The notes under the pieces: model-generated
Seen by the model: only the letters and a program-made list of their open reading frames with translations
The model's database searches: none
What the model was told of the DNA's origin: nothing
Position numbers and translations under genes: made by a program
Assembly (NCBI GenBank): GCA_964515005.1
Contig: CAZEVT010000002.1
Location: 28,968-92,967 of the forward strand
DNA from: an uncultured Gammaproteobacteria bacterium
Lineage (GTDB): Bacteria; Patescibacteriota; Microgenomatia; UBA10105; UBA927
Direction of reading: 5' to 3'
DNA length: 64,000 nt
In this document: positions 58,904-64,000 of the stretch, piece by piece
Layout of the letters: every line of letters begins with the position of its first letter
How positions within the stretch are numbered: position 1 is the stretch's first letter

Positions 58904-60118
58904 ATGATCAAAGCACAAACGCTCAAAGGATTTCGAGATTTTTTACCGGAAGAGGCAGCGAAGCGTAAATGGCTACGAGATAAACTCGCGGCAATTTGCG
59001 AGTCGTGGGGTTTTGCGCCTCTTGAAACACCTACTCTGGAACCGCTTGAGATATTTACCGGAGCCATAGGAGAAGACGAAAAACTCTTCTTTAAATTCAA
59101 GGACCAGGGCGATCGCGAAGTGGCACTTCGGTACGACCAAACCGTCCCCACGTGCAGACTTATTGCGCAGTACCAAAACACGCTCACGTTTCCATTCAAA
59201 CGGTACCAAATCCAACCCGCGTTCCGCTCAGAAAAACCGCAGAAAGGCCGCTACCGTGAATTTACCCAAGTGGACGCAGATATTTTTGGTGTCAAAACTC
59301 CAGATGCAGATGCGGAGGTTATCGCATTATCACTTGATATTTACCGCCAACTTGGCTTCAAACGCGCGCTAGTTCGTATTAATTCGCGTGCTTTATTTAA
59401 AGATATGCCATATGAGGCAATTGTCTCGATAGATAAGATAAAAAAGATCGGCGATGAAGGCGTCATCCGCGAAATGGGAAAGAAGGGAATTTCTCTGGCA
59501 AAAGCGAAAGAGTATCTTGCATATGTCAAAGGTCTCCAACCAAACGAGGAGATTCGTTTTATCTTGCAATATCTCAAAAACTACGGATTTCCGGATGATT
59601 GGTACCAATTTGATCCGACCATAGCCCGATCGTTTTCTTACTCTATGGGACCGATTTGGGAAATCGAGATTCCTGATGCAGGGTATGATATGTCGGTTCT
59701 TGGTGGCGAACGCTTTGACGGACTAGTCGAGAAGTTATCGGGGAAAGATATCGGGGGAACGGGATTTGGACTCGGGTTTGACCGAACGCTGGAGGCGGCC
59801 GACTTGCTCGGTCTGACGCCCACGCTGACGACCGCAGGCCAGATACTGGTTACCGTTTTTTCGGGTGACCTTCTTCCGGAGTCGCAACGAGTGACAAGAC
59901 AACTGCGAGACCGCGGCCTATCGGTCGACCTCTACCCGACAACCGATAAGCTTGAAAAACAGCTCAAATACGCCGACCGCAAAGGCATCCCGTATGTCCT
60001 CATCCAGGGGCCGGAAGAAGTGAAAAAGGGATTGGTGAAACTCAAAAATATGGCAACGAAAGAACAGGAAGATCTGACGATTGACGCGGTCATAAACAAA
60101 TTAACCTCGGCATCATAA
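58904..60118 (+). CDS. hisS: Histidine--tRNA ligase
   Basis: KGFRDF, LRYDQT, GRYREFTQ, GFGLGFDR, anticodon-binding domain. Confidence 0.96.
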   Translation: MIKAQTLKGFRDFLPEEAAKRKWLRDKLAAICESWGFAPLETPTLEPLEIFTGAIGEDEKLFFKFKDQGDREVALRYDQTVPTCRLIAQYQNTLTFPFKRYQIQPAFRSEKPQKGRYREFTQVDADIFGVKTPDADAEVIALSLDIYRQLGFKRALVRINSRALFKDMPYEAIVSIDKIKKIGDEGVIREMGKKGISLAKAKEYLAYVKGLQPNEEIRFILQYLKNYGFPDDWYQFDPTIARSFSYSMGPIWEIEIPDAGYDMSVLGGERFDGLVEKLSGKDIGGTGFGLGFDRTLEAADLLGLTPTLTTAGQILVTVFSGDLLPESQRVTRQLRDRGLSVDLYPTTDKLEKQLKYADRKGIPYVLIQGPEEVKKGLVKLKNMATKEQEDLTIDAVINKLTSAS

Positions 60119-60119
60119 C

Positions 60120-61028
60120 ATGAAACGCCATACTGCCTACCTGTACCTCCTTCTGGTTTCAATCATCTGGGGAGCCGCATCTCCGGTCGTCAAAAATACC
60201 CTCACCTGGTTTGATCCGTGGATATTCCTCACCTATCGGTTTGGGATAAGCGCCGCAATCGCCATTCCGTACCTTTGGCTCACGCGGGCCAAGATTCCCA
60301 AAAAGTCTTCGAGTCTGGGGCTCGTACTTCTTACCGGACTCATATCTACTCCCCTTTCGCTCTGGCTGTTTTTTGAGGCGCTAAGTAAAACCACCGCGCT
60401 TTCCGGAAGTTTGTTGACTGCTGTGGGGCCGCTTCTTATGATCCTTGGGGGAGCCATATTTTTCCATGACCGGGTCACGCACCACGAACGGATCGGCATT
60501 GCCGTCACCATCGTGGGTGCGCTCGTCGCCGCAGTTGGCCCGCTCATTCTCAACGGCCAACCCGATACGCTCGGAAAATTTGAAGGAAACATGATTATGC
60601 TCGCTGCAGTAGTCACGGATCTTATAGGCGCACTGCTGACCAAGCAGGCCATGGAAAGAAAAATAAATGCGGCGTTCCTGGCCCAATCACAGTTTATCCT
60701 CGGGTTTGCTATTTTTCTTCCGATTGTCCTTCTTCAGAGGTCAGCCGGTGACATCGTGAGCGTCATAACCCGCGCGCCGCTTGAGGCGCATCTGGGAGTC
60801 CTTTTTATGGCCGTGTTTTCCGGAACCATCGCCTATACGTTGCGGAATATCGCCATCAAAACTGTTGAGATATCCGAGTCTGCACTTTTCATCTATCTCC
60901 AACCTTTGTGGGCGGCGATTCTTGCTGTTCTCTGGCTTGGGGAGCCGATAACCAAATCATACATTCTCGGAGGCGTCATTATTGCAGTCGGAGTACTCGT
61001 TGCGCAGCAGCGTCGACACCGAAGCTAA
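60120..61028 (+). CDS. EamA/DMT-family transporter
   Basis: IWG start, about 10 TM helices, YLQP...LGE. Confidence 0.88.
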   Translation: MKRHTAYLYLLLVSIIWGAASPVVKNTLTWFDPWIFLTYRFGISAAIAIPYLWLTRAKIPKKSSSLGLVLLTGLISTPLSLWLFFEALSKTTALSGSLLTAVGPLLMILGGAIFFHDRVTHHERIGIAVTIVGALVAAVGPLILNGQPDTLGKFEGNMIMLAAVVTDLIGALLTKQAMERKINAAFLAQSQFILGFAIFLPIVLLQRSAGDIVSVITRAPLEAHLGVLFMAVFSGTIAYTLRNIAIKTVEISESALFIYLQPLWAAILAVLWLGEPITKSYILGGVIIAVGVLVAQQRRHRS

Positions 61029-61047
61029 ACCGTGATATAATTCTTCT

Positions 61048-61356
61048 ATGAAATCCGATATTCACCCGAAATGGTACCCGGCTGCAGTTGTTTCCTGCGC
61101 GTGCGGCAACAAGTTTGTCGTGGGCGCAACCAAGCCCGAGCTTCGTGCGGAAATCTGCTACAAATGCCACCCGTTTTTCACGGGCGAAATGAAGTTTGTC
61201 GATACCATGGGGCGCGTTGACCGCTTCCAGCAAAAACAGAAAGCAGCCGAAGCCCAGGCGACCGTCCTTGCTGCAAAAAAGAAAAAGAAAACAGAACGCG
61301 AACAGCAGCTTCGCAATCCCAAGTCGCTGAAGGACATGTTGATGGGACTGACGTAA
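61048..61356 (+). CDS. rpmE: 50S ribosomal protein L31 with C-terminal extension
   Basis: [29 protein letters not shown]. Confidence 0.95.
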   Translation: MKSDIHPKWYPAAVVSCACGNKFVVGATKPELRAEICYKCHPFFTGEMKFVDTMGRVDRFQQKQKAAEAQATVLAAKKKKKTEREQQLRNPKSLKDMLMGLT

Positions 61357-62060
61357 TGAACTCCGATATAGCAATCCTCGAATTTCGACCCGGTCCGGGG
61401 GGCGAAGAAGCAAAAAATTGGGCCGCGGACCTCATGCGCATGTACACTCGCTACGCAAACCTTTCGGGCTGGAAAGTAGAGCAAATAGCCGATATGGCGA
61501 TTCGCATCCGAGGCGCGCAGGCATTCACGAAGCTCCAGTATGAGGCAGGCACCCACCGCGTCCAGCGCGTGCCCTCGACGGAACGCTCGGGGCGCATTCA
61601 CACCTCTACCGCCACGGTGGCGGTGCTTCCGGAGATTCCTGAAACCGAAGTGACGATCCGCCCCGAAGATATTGAATGGGATTTTTTCCGCAGCGGCGGC
61701 GCAGGTGGACAAAATGTAAATAAGGTCTCATCTGCCGCGCGCATTCGCCATAAACCGTCGGGCATAGTTGTATCTGCGCAAACAGAACGCGACCAGTACC
61801 AAAACCGACAAGTTGCCCTCTCCATGCTGCGGGCAAAGCTCTGGGAACTGGAAGAAATAAAAGCAGCGGCAACGATGGGGGCGGCCAGAAGTGTGATCGG
61901 CCGCGGCATGCGGGCGGAAAAAATCCGTACGTACAACTTTCCCCAAAACCGCGTCACCGACCACCGCATCGGCAAAAGCTGGCACAATCTGGACGACATT
62001 ATCGAAGGAAAACTTACGAAGATTACCGAAGCGATGACTGCAACAGGCGCTACAATCTAA
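61356..62060 (+). CDS. prfA: Peptide chain release factor 1, lacking N-terminal domain 1
   Basis: GGEEA, HRVQRVPST (PxT), GAGGQNVN, IRTYNFPQNRVTDHR. Confidence 0.88.
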   Translation: MNSDIAILEFRPGPGGEEAKNWAADLMRMYTRYANLSGWKVEQIADMAIRIRGAQAFTKLQYEAGTHRVQRVPSTERSGRIHTSTATVAVLPEIPETEVTIRPEDIEWDFFRSGGAGGQNVNKVSSAARIRHKPSGIVVSAQTERDQYQNRQVALSMLRAKLWELEEIKAAATMGAARSVIGRGMRAEKIRTYNFPQNRVTDHRIGKSWHNLDDIIEGKLTKITEAMTATGATI

Positions 62061-62464
62061 TATCTATTCCTACCGAAGAACTCTTGATAGGGGCCATTCT
62101 TCTTTCGAAGTTCTTCTTCTTGCTCTCTTTTTTCAAGTGCAAGCACTTCTCTGGCGGCATCTTGATACACGCTTTGCTCTTTAGGATTCCATAAATCTGG
62201 AACCTCCTCTTTTGGGAACTTCTTTTTGTATCGTGTAATAACTTCTCTCGCTTCAGGCTCAACCCATTTGCGAGTCTTCTCTGGTAAGGCTTGGAAAAAA
62301 TTTACCGGCCTCTCTGACGTTGTATGATTGTGAGCGTTGAGTAATCGATTTCCCAATTCGTCTCTTTCTTCTTTGTTCGGAGCACGAAGCATCAAAAATT
62401 TGGCTAGCATTGCAAATACCGGAAAATGTTTGTGTTGTCTGCCACTCATAGGATGCACTACCAA
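62057..62464 (-). CDS. Hypothetical protein
   Basis: 135-aa charged ORF directly after ctpA; start uncertain. Confidence 0.5.
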   Translation of the reverse strand: MVVHPMSGRQHKHFPVFAMLAKFLMLRAPNKEERDELGNRLLNAHNHTTSERPVNFFQALPEKTRKWVEPEAREVITRYKKKFPKEEVPDLWNPKEQSVYQDAAREVLALEKREQEEELRKKNGPYQEFFGRNRY

Positions 62465-62470
62465 ACAAAA

Positions 62471-63727
62471 TTATTTTAGTAACAATTCAATCGCCTTGGC
62501 AAGCTGGGCGTCGCGGGTCGCGTCGAATTCTTCCATGGGGACCAACACATCCGGAGTGATGCCTTTTTGACTGATCGAATCGCCTTTTGGAAGAAGCCAT
62601 CTTCCGGTCGTGATATGAATGCTTGACCCGTCCGGCAAGTCCTCCGGCGTCTGCACCGTGCCTTTGCCAAACGACGTCTCGCCGACCAAGGTCGCCCGCT
62701 GGTAGTCCCTGAGGGCTCCGGCGACGATCTCCGAGGCAGAGGCGCTTCCTTTATTGATAAGGACAATCAAAGGAATATCAAGAAGTTTCCCTTTTCGCAA
62801 AACTGGATAATCCTGCTTTGTGCCGTCGCTATTGACTTGTGATACCACAATGCCGTTTTTCAAAAATTCACTCGCGATAAATACCGAGCCGTCCAGATAC
62901 CCGCCCGGGTTATTCCGAAGATCAACGATAAGTCCTTTGGCTCCAGACGCCGCCACCTGCGACACTGCTTTCCCCCAGTCTTCATTGCTATGGTCGCCGA
63001 AGCGGGAGAGACGAATATAGGCGACGCGTTCGGGCATAACCCGCAGGTCCAGTCCGGAAACTTCCGTAATCTCCCCGGGTACTTTAATCCAGGATTCCAC
63101 CGACGGCACGGTGATCGTGTTCCTCACAATGGATACGTCAACGGGCTTACTGTCTCCGTCATGAAGAATCGAAAGCTTGACCGTGGTGCCCCGGGGACCT
63201 CGAATTTTGTTTACCGCCTCGTTTACTGACCAGCCGGTGGTATCGACTTCGTCGACTTTCAGAATATAGTCACCGGCGCGAATGCCGGCTTTTTCTGCAG
63301 GATTTCCCTTCAGGGGCGCAATCACCATCACACGGTTGTCGCGGGTACCGAGCTGCGCGCCGATGCCTTCAAATTGACCTCCCAAATCGTCTTTGAAATC
63401 TTTGTTGTCTTTGGGAGGCAAGTAGGTCGTATACGGATCCCCCAGGGCGTTAACCATTCCTGAGATTGCGCCCCAGACCATCTTTTGCGGATCGATAGTT
63501 GCGCGGTCGATGAATGATCTTGTGAGCCGCTGCCAGACATCCCAAAAAAGAGAAAAGTCTATATCCACCTCGGGCGGAGCCGTCTGATTAACGACAATCC
63601 GCTTGTCAGGCGAAAAGGTGACGGTTGCGCGGCGCTCTCCCAATCGGTAGCCGATCCCGGAGGAAAAAATTACAAGGGCGAGAATGAGAATGAAGGAACG
63701 GATTTTAGAAAACGGCAGTATTTTCAT
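62471..63727 (-). CDS. ctpA: Carboxyl-terminal processing protease (S41)
   Basis: GIGA PDZ, DLRNNPGG, SASASEI, FGKG. Confidence 0.93.
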   Translation of the reverse strand: MKILPFSKIRSFILILALVIFSSGIGYRLGERRATVTFSPDKRIVVNQTAPPEVDIDFSLFWDVWQRLTRSFIDRATIDPQKMVWGAISGMVNALGDPYTTYLPPKDNKDFKDDLGGQFEGIGAQLGTRDNRVMVIAPLKGNPAEKAGIRAGDYILKVDEVDTTGWSVNEAVNKIRGPRGTTVKLSILHDGDSKPVDVSIVRNTITVPSVESWIKVPGEITEVSGLDLRVMPERVAYIRLSRFGDHSNEDWGKAVSQVAASGAKGLIVDLRNNPGGYLDGSVFIASEFLKNGIVVSQVNSDGTKQDYPVLRKGKLLDIPLIVLINKGSASASEIVAGALRDYQRATLVGETSFGKGTVQTPEDLPDGSSIHITTGRWLLPKGDSISQKGITPDVLVPMEEFDATRDAQLAKAIELLLK

Positions 63728-63729
63728 TG

Positions 63730-63972
63730 TTATGCGCGGACGACAAATGGCAACAGTGCCACATGGCGAGCTCTTTTTATGGCGACCGTTATCCCCCTTT
63801 GGTGCGTGGCACAGACTCCGGTCCGGGCGCGGCCCAAAATCTTCCCGCGTTCGGTCATGTATTTGCCGATCGTTCCGACGTCTTTGTAGTCAGGCTCTGT
63901 TTTGCCGGCACAAAACGGACAGTTTTTGGCAACCGGCCGCTCACGCCTCTTATCAAATCTTCGCTTCATCAT
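63730..63972 (-). CDS. rpsR: 30S ribosomal protein S18
   Basis: CPFC, DYKD, ERGKI, AIKRAR..ALLPF. Confidence 0.95.
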   Translation of the reverse strand: MMKRRFDKRRERPVAKNCPFCAGKTEPDYKDVGTIGKYMTERGKILGRARTGVCATHQRGITVAIKRARHVALLPFVVRA

Positions 63973-64000
63973 ATTTAAAATGGTATATCATCCGGGTTCA

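Overview
A 64 kb chromosomal segment of a reduced-genome bacterium. Gene content and order suggest Patescibacteria/CPR, Microgenomates-like (inference); standard code 11. Housekeeping blocks: recG-rpmF-nusB-rnc-rpsP-khpA-trmD; a large type IV pilus cluster without a secretin, interrupted by accessory genes; holB; gyrB (HNH intein)-hppA-gyrA; folD; tgt (frameshifted); rluD-lgt; tRNA-Leu(CAA); dnaB; yerC-hutH-pepP-hisS; rpmE-prfA (lacking domain 1); ctpA; rpsR. Most notable: (1) a ~525-nt ORF-free, highly structured element with its own promoter, three conserved-stem/variable-10-nt-loop motifs and a 3' pseudoknot, directly upstream of a perfect dif-like palindrome, a tyrosine recombinase and a coupled PD-(D/E)XK nuclease (34742-36909); (2) toxin-antitoxin cassettes stacked behind a CPA2 gene, separated by synonymous-variant copies of that gene's 3' end (44280-45840); (3) covarying double-hairpin repeats around tRNA-Leu; (4) a probable histidine-responsive unit with a Thr-Ser-Gly MIO lyase; (5) widespread leaderless-type promoters. 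All calls come from reading the sequence; no database searches or folding programs were run.
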